Source of the DNA: Oopsacas minuta
Taxonomy: Eukaryota > Animalia > Porifera
Assembly (NCBI GenBank): GCA_024704765.1
Contig: JAKMXF010000277.1
Coordinates: forward strand, 434,001-498,000
Reading direction: 5' to 3'
Length of the DNA: 64,000 bases
Under the pieces are notes generated by a model. It did no database searches and had not been told where the DNA came from. It saw only the letters and a program-made list of their open reading frames with translations. Made by a program: the position numbers and the translations under genes. Below are positions 1-11,200 of this stretch, piece by piece; the first letter of the stretch is position 1, and every line of letters begins with the position of its first letter.

Positions 1-269
1 AAATTTCGTCTAAAATATCGAAAAATATCGAAAAATATCGAGCTGTTAATTTTGGAATCGAATTCGTACTAGTGTTCGATTAACAAAGCTTGAGAAATGG
101 CACATGTTTGACAACATGGTTCCCTATTTGCAAATCAGATGACGGCATTTCTCCTTGACAAAAGTTTGATGATATAGCTTAACTATCAATAATACATTTA
201 TTCGAGACAAAATGTACAAATGTATATAATCAAAGTTATTAGAATTACCTATCAAATATAATATACTCG

Positions 270-320
270 AAGTAATCCATGGTTAAATACCGTGAATAGG
301 CCATATTTTCGTAGACTGTG
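270..320. mobile_element. Right terminus of a P/Galileo-like DNA transposon (body to the left or outside the window)
   Basis: The reverse complement of 299-320 (CACAGTCTACGAAAATATGGCC) matches the terminus pattern of the other P-like ends here (CATAGCCTACTAAAGATAAGGCC, CGTGACCTACGTTATAATAAGGCC). A subterminal ATCCATGG lies at ~275. Confidence 0.45.
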
Positions 321-1009
321 GCAAATATGTATTAAAAAATGCTTGCACGTGTTTTTGGCAATATCCTCACATAGGATAGCCATTTTATTGTATACACCTG
401 GGCATCAGTTTTAATCACCAAATTTATGGTCACGTACGTTCACTACAAATGATCGGATATTGTGGATGCGATTCTCGCGCCAAAAAGGATTGAAATCACG
501 TTCAAGATAATTTTACGATCACATATAGGGAGATGCTTTATTACATGGGTCGGTATTTCCGTCCGCGCGGTCATGCAAAATCTACTAGTCCGATTGCCAT
601 GAAAATTATTACACAACACTAGCCGTTTGATATACATGTAGGGGGTCTAGATTCGCAATTCTGTCTACCTAAAACGAACGAAAATATGATTGCGATCTTA
701 CTTCCATTCGATCACTACTTATAAAATGATCGGCAATCATCCTCCGATCTTCAAAAATTTGTGTCGAGCGTGATCGAGCGATCAATGACCCCACGATATT
801 ATACATTTAGTGACATGATATACGTTACAAATCTCACGATTCTATCGTGAGATGCGCAATTTAATATTAGTTTTGCATAAAAAGACCAGGGATTCAGTAG
901 TATTAGTAGACCTGAGATCGTTGGGGATATTGTCAATGGCAATCCTCATGACAATCCAAAGATGGAGTATTTTAATAATATCTGCTATTATAAGAAAAAA
1001 GATTGAAGA

Positions 1010-2100
1010 GAATTAAATATCTGTACACAATTCTCAGAAAAACTCACAATTATAATTCTATCTTTATCATCTAGAGCAGGAGTCGGCAACCTTTTGAGCC
1101 TGCGGGCCAGATTGAGTCTTTCAGTGCATTGCGCGGGCCAAGCGATCACCACTATTCATTGAACGATGTACTGAATCATGCATTCACCATCAAGGATTAT
1201 CTTAGAAAAATAATATTCTAAAATTTTTGCTTCCAATTGATGAACAAATTGGAGTTCACAATATGGATGCTAAGGAGAGCGCCGCGGGCCGGAGGTTGCC
1301 GACCGCTGATCTAGAGTATTCCAGCTGTTCAGAAATAGAGATTTGTGGATACATTCAAATTCAAAATTGAGAATATAAACAGAATTGGAACAATAATCCA
1401 GAGATAATAATATTATTAGACCTGTTTCGAAAGAAGAACCATAGAGATATCACTTGCTGTCATTCTCCTCTAGAAATGATATTCTTCTGTAAACTAGATC
1501 TTTGTTGAAAATGTGGGGAAAAGGATTTGATTCATCTAGGATAAATTATTTCTCTAATGAGTTTGATATCAAGAAGTTTTGAGAGAGTATCTTTACAAAA
1601 CTGAGACTTGTAACGAAGTTTTTCAGAAAGTATCGGAGTGCAGTTGTCACCACGATCCCAATTTTAAACATCTCCATTTGATTCATCGATTGTGAGACAC
1701 CAAGAATATTTAAACTCTAATTCTCCGTTTACATGTTGCCTGAGAAGTGATAATTATTAATTACGTAAATTTGGTATAATTTCGAACTTATTTCGTTGTT
1801 TCTCGTATACTGATAAAAGTATGCCCTCATGGGGAGGAATTATCCTCCTCATATTTACTTACTAAATTTTGCATTCTGTATAAATGCCGCAAATGACGCA
1901 AGCTAATGCCAGACAGATGATGGAGAGAACACTCTCCTGTTTTAAGGAGGTAACTGGACAAAGGACCAGGGTTGTCTTTACGTGGGTGGTGGATTAGCAG
2001 ATCATCTTTCATGGCTTTTTTAACACCAACACACAAAGTTTGGAACTCTTTAGCCACTGCTGTTTCCCTAGAATCTATACCAGCCCATGATTTGGAAATA
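1010..2100 (-). pseudogene. Decayed intronless NHL-repeat (TRIM71-like beta-propeller) gene
   Basis: Manual minus-strand translation across stops and frameshifts gives NHL-type segments: WCLTIDESNGDV, KNIISRG, SNNIIIS, TLDDKDRIIIVSFSENCVQIF. The gene is interrupted by the hAT MITE at 1077-1308. The upstream boundary is approximate. Confidence 0.6.
1077..1308. mobile_element. hAT (Charlie/Buster-type) MITE, 232 bp
   Basis: TIRs CAGGAGTCGGCAACCT / CAGCGGTCGGCAACCT (14/16). Perfect 8-bp TSD ATCTAGAG at 1069-1076 and 1309-1316. Confidence 0.9.
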
Positions 2101-2205
2101 CAGTTATACTTGTCTATAACGGCCACTGAAGGTACTGACCAAAAGTGGCCGTTATATGCAAGTGGCAGCTATAGAGAGGTTGACCGTTATACACTAGTGT
2201 GGTAG
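2100..2205. repeat. Fragment of a pogo/Tigger-like MITE family (CAGTCAAACTTGTCTATAACGGCCAC end)
   Basis: Near-identical sequence occurs at ~9726-10002 and ~42137-42215. Confidence 0.65.
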
Positions 2206-2454
2206 TAACTTTATGTTAATCTTGATTTCTATTGGTTGATCGGATTCTGATCCTAACTCATATTTTGACACGTCTTCATTCGACTAGTAAACAACAAATA
2301 AACGTAAACAAATATTTTAGATATATCTAAGGGTTCGAGCGGAATGTAAATTGGTAGAATTTAGCTCCCATTGGTACAAAAACATTTTATTACTTAAAAT
2401 AGCTATGAATATGTGTTAGCTAATATCTAGCAAAATTCAAAATACACTCAAAAG

Positions 2455-4720
2455 CGGTGGTTCCCAACGGGAGCTTAAACGCCCCCCGGGGGCGCTGACA
2501 AGATAATGAGCCGTTGGATGAAGATTTATTCTAACATCTGTAAATTTTGCGAAATACTATTGTATCATTAATATGTTGTGCACTTCACCCATAATGACAA
2601 TTCTAGCACGTTGCCCACAAGAAGAGCTAAGTATTCACCATTTATAATCAATCAATGCTTTCAATGGTATTGTTTCTTTGTTTTGAATTAACAGTTCAGA
2701 CGGCTTCCTAACAAAGAAGTTATAAAAAGTGATCATACCATGTTATTTCGATAATTACCTCAATAATAGACACGATTTTTCTTGCATATCTAATCATGGC
2801 TGAAATTCCCAAGAAAAAATGCCATCAACACTCCATAGATTTTCTGAAATTTGGTTTCATCGCTTCACCTACTAATCAATAATTACCCTTTTGTTTGCTC
2901 TGCAATCAAGTGTTCTCTAATGAGGGCATGAAACCTTCACGTATGTGCGGCCATTTGACGAAGAAACACCCTGATAAGAAAGAGAAGGATCTCAAATATT
3001 TCCAGACTTTAAGCAAGCAGTTTGCAAATCGTAGTTCCAGAGATGGAATGATTAACAAAATTACTACTAAAAATGACGATGGTCTTGTTGCTTCTTACAA
3101 TATATCTCTTTTAATCGCCAAATGTGGAAAGCCTCATACAATGGGTGAAAAGTTCATCCTTCCAGCTATAAGAGAGGTTATATCTATTGTCATGCATCAA
3201 GATGCATCTAGTGTAGTTAGATTAATTCCCTTAAGTAATAACTCAGTTTCGAGGAGGATCGAAGAATTGGCTATAGATGTTGAACAACAGTTATGTAAAG
3301 TTTTACAAACAACGGAATTCGCTTTGCAGCTTGGTGAGTCAACCTTATGTGACAATGAAACCTTACTTATGGCATATGTACGATATATTCACAATGGTGT
3401 ATCAAAAGAAGAAATGCTCTTCTCCAAGCCACTAGAAACAGATACTAAAGGTGAGACAATATTTATGGTGGTAAAGCAATTTTGTGAATAGAAGAACATA
3501 CCAATGGGAAATATTATTGCGTGTGCTACTGATGGAGCACGTTCAATAATTGGACGTCATCGTGGTTTCATAGCTCATCTGAAACGAGTTGTGCCGAAGG
3601 TTTTCTCTATTCATTGTGTCATACATCGTCAAAATTTGATCGCCAAGCACCTAACACTTAATCTTCACCAGTCTTTGCAAATCGTGAATACTACTAAGAA
3701 CAAAAAGAACTCACTGATGATCGCATCTTTCAGCAACTTTGTGAAAACAATGATGAAGACTATAAACGCCTCCTTCTCCAACTAAAGTTAGGTGGCTTTC
3801 TAAGTGTAATTGTTTGAAACGATTCCATCAACTGTTTGATTCTATAGCCGAGTTCCTAGAAGAATACGATTCAACTCTGGCAGAAAATGTTAAAATGATA
3901 AGGACTGATGTGGCTTACTTAGCTGACATATTCGAGAAACTGAATATAGTGAATAAGCAACTACAAGGAAATAATACTACTCTTATTCAAGCGAAGGGAG
4001 TTGTTCTATCATTCTTAAGTAAACTAACCTTGTTCCGACAGAATATTGCGATCGTGAATTTGGGCAGTTACCTTGTTTAAGTGAACTGGATATGGCAAAT
4101 AATAACATCATTACAGATGACAACATTCATATTTACTGTTCGCATGTTGATTCCCTTAGCGAAGATTTGTTGATTCGATTCAAAGATTTAACCAAGTTAG
4201 TTATCCTTAATTTTGTGATAAATCCATTAAGAACATTATAGAAACTTTGGATCCACAATTTCAAGAGGAATTTATCGATTTGCAGAATGATATCGAATGC
4301 AATGCCATATTCACCCAATGTGGATATAGTGCATTCTGGATGAAGAAGGAAGTCTCTGAACGCTATCCCCATATTTTTCAAACTGTAAAATTGATGTTTG
4401 TTGCATTTCCATCATCATATCTTGTCGAAAAGGGATTCAGCACAGTAGTTAATCTGCTCACAAAACAAAGAAATCGACTGGAAATAGCAACAAGAGGCGA
4501 CTTAAGACTCTTCCTGACGCAGTTAGAACCGGATGTAGTCAAACTAGCAAAGAGCCACCAAAGTCAAGGATCACATGTTCCAACGTATACTGATACTTAG
4601 ATTAGTCCCGAAATACTCTATCAGTCTATCTTTAATATTTCTATATAGTCAGTAATTAAAAACTGATTCAATAAAGTATTAAATAGGGGGCGTTAAATTG
4701 GTAAAGGTTGGGAAACACTG
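2455..4720 (+). mobile_element. Buster/Charlie hAT transposon, 2266 bp, full length but decayed
   Basis: TIRs CGGTGGTTCCCAAC / CAGTGTTTCCCAAC (12/14). Perfect 8-bp TSD CTCAAAAG at 2447-2454 and 4721-4728. Confidence 0.92.
2796..4600 (+). pseudogene. Buster-family (ZBED5/SCAND3-like) hAT transposase pseudogene
   Basis: ATG at 2796 (MAEIPKKKC). BED-like CLLC..KPSRMCGHL..H, FALQLGES, CATDGA, HCVIHRQ, and C-terminal FPSSYLVEKGFS..RGDLRL. In-frame stops at ~2880 and 3489 plus several frameshifts. Confidence 0.9.
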
Positions 4721-5238
4721 CTCAAAAGGATGTAAATATGAGTAAATAAAGGTGTGAAATGTGATTATAACCGAATATATATATCCCTCGACTAATCAAT
4801 GTTTAGAGTTTTTGTCACCGACACACCGCTAGTATTTATGTAAATTAAATGTAAAATTGTGTATATGTATATATTATCACCTCTTCGCTGTCTAAATTGT
4901 ATTTAGAAAGATAACCTTCACTTGAACTATCTCTATTCTCTCGATTCTATGAATAGAATTGTAATTGTCATAAGTGTGAAATTATGTATATGTTACCGTC
5001 CAAATTGAGTATACGCCAGATACTAACATATATACATACGGTGACGAAAGATTTATCATATGATAAACGAATTCATGAGTATCTCCAGATCAAAATTCAT
5101 GGAAGAAAGGTACCCAAAAGATTGATCCCATGATACCAAATAGTACCTGAATCGCTCAGAAAATGTATAAACACACTAATCACTATAATTGGGAAATAAA
5201 CAACAAATAATAACAAAATAAGCAATGGGATAGAGAGA

Positions 5239-7282
5239 TTAGAGCCTCTGTAGACAGTTGTCCTCCTTCATGTCATCAACTGTAACATAGCCAGAGTCTT
5301 CTATAAATTTGCAAGAGAGACGGAATATTTGACACAATTCATGTCCTGTCTCACAAACTGTTTCAATGAATTTACCAAACGGGTCAAACACTGATGAAAT
5401 TATCCCAAAAATCGCATACGTATATTCTGCATTCCTTTGTGATAGGATTATAGAACAGTTCAAAGTTGTATGCTCCTACTATCTGATCCTCTGTGAGTAT
5501 GGACCTTATGAGGTATCCTTCTAGAGAGAACACTTGTAGAGGAGAGAGAGATCCGGTGAAGAGACATATAACACAATGATTAATAGTCTTCATGTGCTGT
5601 AGCCATGGATACCTGTTGGGTATCTTGGTATGTAAGATAGGATTGAGTGGATATTCTTGTTCTATAAGGAGAGGATCTACCTGCATACGGATGAGACTGG
5701 GCTTAAGAGTCCCCACATACAAATTCTTACTGTTAGAGGAGGTACAACAAGCCTGTGGTATTGAGATGGTGTGTTCATATTTCATGATAGATACCTCTTT
5801 ACTCTTTTCTCTACTAAATTGTACTAATAAATTTGAATAGCACACGAATACGGACTGTTTGAAATATGTCAATGAGACAAGAGTATCAGGTAAATGAGGA
5901 TCATGATACGAAGTTGTAGCTACAAGATCATTAGCTCTGTAGAGTGAGACTGTATCACCGTATCTATCCGCTACTATTACTTTACTCTTAAACACAATTA
6001 TACCAGCTGGTGTATATAATTGGTGAGCTATTTCTCCACCTCTATCAACACCAGATGCTACAGGGATGTTCCTCTCATCTTTGGGTAGAGCTATCCGCAT
6101 GGGATCGTTATCAATGGTGATAGCAAATGAAGGAATGTCTATTCTGCTGTCGTAATAGTGACGGATCTCTCTTTGTATTATATCATATATTTCCTTCAAA
6201 TACTTATCCTCCTTATTCTTCGTGACGAGATATTTTAGTGAGCTAGCGTCACTGTACAGGAAAGATAGTTCATTGAATGTGAAAGTCACATTCTCCTCCA
6301 AAGTTGCATACCAATCCGCCATCTCTTTGCATTCTTCTTCTTTCCTATCTGCATTCCTGGTTTCCAACTCATCTCTAGCTATCGCATGCTCCATATTGAG
6401 TCTGTTTAGCCTCATGTCATACTCCTGACGTGTGATACCCCCGGGAAGCAGGTCTCTCTTGGATGGATTCATTGATTTCATGTCTTCCTCTATTTCAGGA
6501 TGCACATAGAAAATGAATTCTCCCTCAATCAAGTGTGTCATTCCCTTCTTCATACAAGATGAACACCAATGTTCTGGAATAGGATAAGTCCTCATCTTTA
6601 ATATCTCTGCCTTCAGTCTCAGTCTCAGAGATTCGTATCTCTTTACTATCACACTCTCGATCGGTTTGGGAGTTTAGGGACTAGCAAATTCTGAATTCTA
6701 TAAATCTTTTTCTCAGCTGCCCCCTTCCACATGATGAGACCGTTTAGGGAGTATATGGAAGGTTCTGCTAGAGTCCTCTCTATGTAGAAGAGGCTGTATT
6801 TGTATTCAATAGGGAGGTAGTCATCGATGATTATTAGAGATATTTTATTTAATGCTGGTCGTATCGCTCCTAGAATGAATCTTTGAGAGGGACAGGGAGT
6901 GTTTTATTGGAGATCACAGATTCATAATCTTTGTAAAGAGGTGATAACTTGTTATGAATTCTATCACCTATGTTTACGATAGGTGTCGCTATAAATCTTT
7001 CCATTTTATTGAGGATATTTGGTATCCTAACAATATTCCTGTACTCCTGTGTTATTCCGGTATATCGTTCCTTCAAGGATACATGTGTTTCTGTGGACAG
7101 TACGGAGACCTCTTGCTATTTAGCGTTTCCATTTCCAACTGGAACCCTCTAGCCAATTCGTCAATTTCGTTCACTTTAATTTCTGGTAAGTCAATGGACC
7201 GAATTTCCTTTAATCTATTCTCGTACTTTTTCAACACCTTCTCAGCTTTTGAAGGTGTTACCTGGCTCATGTTTGTTGCCAT
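5239..7282 (-). pseudogene. Intronless ~680-codon gene with charged helical N-terminus and C-terminal NHL-like propeller, broken by at least 4 single-base frameshifts
   Basis: ORFs 7073-7282, 6870-7076, 5384-6652 and 5239-5463, plus an unlisted in-between frame (FLGAIRPALNKISLIIIDDYLP...), join by +/-1 shifts. NHL-like motifs: LYTPAGIIV..VIVADRYGDTVSLY, RIYVCDFWDN, VFDPFGKFIETVCE.G. Confidence 0.65.
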
Positions 7283-7970
7283 TCAAATATTCTTCGTAGT
7301 CAGTTTATATTTTATGTAATGTAAATGTTGTATCAGTTCTAATTATAGAAATATCTCTTCCTTATGATTTGTATTATCATTAAGTTATACTTTCAATGTA
7401 AGTGTTGCTTTCTATCTGAAGTAATGTGTTTCATAATGTGGCTTAATCGACCCAATTAGGGACACAATTACATAATTGCTTCATAAGAAATTTGTATTTG
7501 CAAGCATACTGATTAGTTTCAAAAATTTGTTCACCAAATAGATATAAATTGATAAATAAAATATTTATAATTTAATGTAAAAATTGTGAAAATTTGTTAT
7601 TAAATTGATTTAAAAACATTAATTCTGAATATTTATATTACGCATGAATTGACACGTTTTTTGTATCGAATTTTTAGAAGTTTACAATTTCAAAAATTTC
7701 AAAATTCTATTAACGATGTATATATTTTATGCCCGAATTTACAGGAGTCTAAACCACATGAAGGATAGCCGTGCGAGCTTGCCTCACTCAATTCCTTATA
7801 TACGGAAACTCTATAAAGTATAATTGGCGATTGCTAAGAGTGTTAGTTTGTCTTAAAATTGAAAAAGTAACTCGGCCTTCATTTTTAGTGAAGTCGGTGA
7901 CATACACGCAGCCGTGTATTAAATAGCCACAACTTCAATAATGTTTTCTCTTTTCCATAGAATATCTAAG

Positions 7971-8222
7971 ATGATCAATAGTGATATACCCTCAAAACCA
8001 TTAACAAACACTTCAGATTCTGCAATTTCTGATATCGTACAGTTAGAATCAGTTGAACTCAACTCAAAACTTTGTTACATAGTTGAAGATAATAAAATCA
8101 CTCCTTTACCTGGCTTGGTTATTACAAATGATGATATCACTACCACTTGTGCTAAAAGTTGGATAAAGGTGCAGTATATCAGGACCGGTGAAACTAAGGA
8201 ATGCATCAGAGACCTTGTAAAA
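7971..8222 (+). CDS. TRP gene putative first coding exon (beta-rich N-terminal segment)
   Basis: Acceptor ttttccatag ends at 7960, ATG at 7971, donor AAA|GTGAGT at 8223 (phase 0). Confidence 0.55.
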
Positions 8223-11200
8223 GTGAGTGACTATTGTTTCATTGTTCCCTCTTGTTATTTATTGTGTTTACTACCTATGTTTATTAGAGCGCCTCGTTTG
8301 CATGGTAGTTGCGCGACAACCCTGTGGTAAGCGTGCTTCGAATTTAACCTAATTGTAACCAGCTAACTTTCTTATAGCGATGGGATCTACTGAGCACTCT
8401 CTCAGCCCGTCAAATTGAAAGAATAGGGAAAATTTATTATCCTTGGCAACATGGTCTTTCCAAAAGAATTATTATAGCTTCTTGTCGTTTGTGTGACACT
8501 AATTTTTGGTATAAAGCTCTGCACTAGGTTCGATTAATATAAAATGTCCAATTTAGGCCATATAAAATAATATACTTATTTATCATCACCACCCGCCCCA
8601 TTTACTTTCCCTCCTCGGAAATTTTTTAAATTCTAATACATATCTTTATTTAATACTTATATTCGCAGATGAGCATCTTCGAAACAAGCTAATTATTTAA
8701 CACTAGCGCCCTTCGCTTGCTAGGTCTCTGAGCAGTGTGGCTAATCATGTGATTTTTCGAAAATCCAAAAAGGTGGCAATGGCATCATAATTTAGTCAGG
8801 TTTGAATTTTCGCCCAAGACTCAAACCTGTCCGAGTCAGGCCCAAATACCCCTCCCGTATGGCAAAAATCAGCCCTGAGGTGTGCACTAAATTGTTATTA
8901 TTATTATTATTTATCGTTATTATTTAAATTGTACAATAATTCAGATTATAGAGAGGAAGTGAATATTAGTTTTCCCTTATACAGTGTAAGCTTAATACGA
9001 ACACTGACAGACCGTACGGTTAAATTTATTCGCCTTTCCGGAGTTCATAAACCGGAGTAATATTCATTGAAGTACGGTTGTAGGGACCTGATTTTGTACG
9101 AATATTGTTCGTCTTCCAGAAATTCGTATTAACGAGATAGTTTAAAGTAATTAGTAAAATTACGCTAAGTAAAAAATAAAAATAAAATGCCGCCCCCCGC
9201 CCCTATTTCACAAAAAAAATGGATGAGAAACAAGTAATTTATTTTATATGGCCTTATCGAAATTTGTGAAACTTTCAAATTTATAAAAAAATGATAAAGA
9301 AAATCTAAGGATGAAATTGTCAAATTTCAATTATATCTTGGACCTAGCATATGTATCGATTAAGTATACAGTGGAATCTGCATAAACCGACATTGTTTCT
9401 GAACTGAAATAGCTTTCAACAATACAAATTCACCTGTAAAATCAGATAAAATGCTAAATTTTCCATGTCCCAACAAGTGTCAGTTTATGCAGCTTCCACT
9501 GTATGTTGTTCTGAATGTGCTTCGATCACTGCTCAGCACTACGTGCTAGGGATGGGACATATGTGAGATTTTCTACATCTGCGCATGTTGATGTGGATTT
9601 CAATCAGGGTCTACCCAGCTTTTCTGAACCATACGCCTAATATGTTCCCACGCGCGCCTAGAGCCCGATTTATGACGCGCCCAGATATATATTTGCTGAA
9701 ATCCATTATATATATATATACACAGAGTCAAACTTGTCTATAACGGCCACCTGGCCAAAAGTGGGCGTTATATGCAGGTGGCCGCTATAGGGAGGTTGAC
9801 CGTTATACACTAGTGTGGTTGTAAGAGTATGTTAATGGTACTGATATAGAGAAGTTGACATCTAATATGGTGGAAGTAGGTGATGATGGCCACTCAGCGA
9901 CTTGACAAAAGTGGACCTTTTGGGAGGCGACCACTATATAATGTAATCATCAGATAAAGGAATCGGCCGTTATATAGAGGTAGTGGCCGTTATAGACAGG
10001 TTTCGCGTTAGCGTGCTTCCTTTGCTAGTGCTACGCGGTTGCGAACATTTCGTGTCCGCACTCGGGGCCTCAGGTACATAAACTCATAATCTTAACTGTA
10101 GCCAACATGATACTGCCATAATCTTTAATCTGCTTACCTTATGTAGCTAATAATAGACAAATATTCATAAAATTATGTTTACAATACCATATTTGGACTC
10201 AGCATACTCGATTACCTCAGTACAATGTTGTTTTGTTGTTTGTATGTTGCGTAGTATTTGGTTCTTGACTTCATGAATTGAACCTATATGTTTTCTATAT
10301 GGGAGCGTGACACACACACAAAGTGAGAATTAATAACATAGAATTATGAAATTTATAAAACTGGCTTCTCTTATCTATTCGTTGCTCGGCTACCTTCCAC
10401 TCTGATCACCTTATCCATTATTATTAAATGCCTTATCTACTTTAATACAAAATAGATAATCCTTTTTGGAGAAAATATGGATTAACGGGTTCTATCAAAT
10501 GTATTATCAGACAATAGTCGATTAAATGAATCATAATTGATATATCGAAGTTCAGCAAATTTCAGATTTAACGACATCGCAACATATTGCTAAAACCACA
10601 TTTTCTTTGTCCCATAAATCGCGGGGCGGTATTTTATACACACCCTAGGTGTCAGGACACCCAATGTCTCGTATCATGTACGCCCACTAGCTCTTTAGAC
10701 GGCGCCGGCCATGTATATAGTGACTTATTTAGTCTGCCCAATCCAGTGTCGTTAATTCCCAATTTATTGTAGCCTCTTAAATAGAATCCTCAATTTGTAC
10801 AAATATGTCCTCAAACCGTCAAATTGACATACATTGCATCGGTTATATCGAACTCTGCTTGCATCGAAGTAATAATCGCGGCCTTTGAGCTTCGATATAT
10901 CTGCAGTTGGCAATATACTCAAATAACATATGCATATGATTATTATCTCACTTCTAAATTAACCTACAATGATTCTTGAATCATGATAATATTTCCTCTC
11001 CTTTAGGTGCTTGAATCTAAAGACATATTGGCTAATAAGATTAATACGTGAGTTCTTTTCTATTATCTCTTTTCACTTATAATTACTTCATAGGGCCCAT
11101 GTATTAGATCGAATTACGTGTTGGCATTAGGTCGAATTTCATTGTTTACATTGAGTCGAATTCTATTTTGCTATGTTGTGGATAGAGCGAATGTTTTTTA

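Noticed and set aside
443-637. 64-aa minus-strand ORF
   Set aside because: No motif, and it lies in repeat-like DNA sharing a segment with ~19075-19100.
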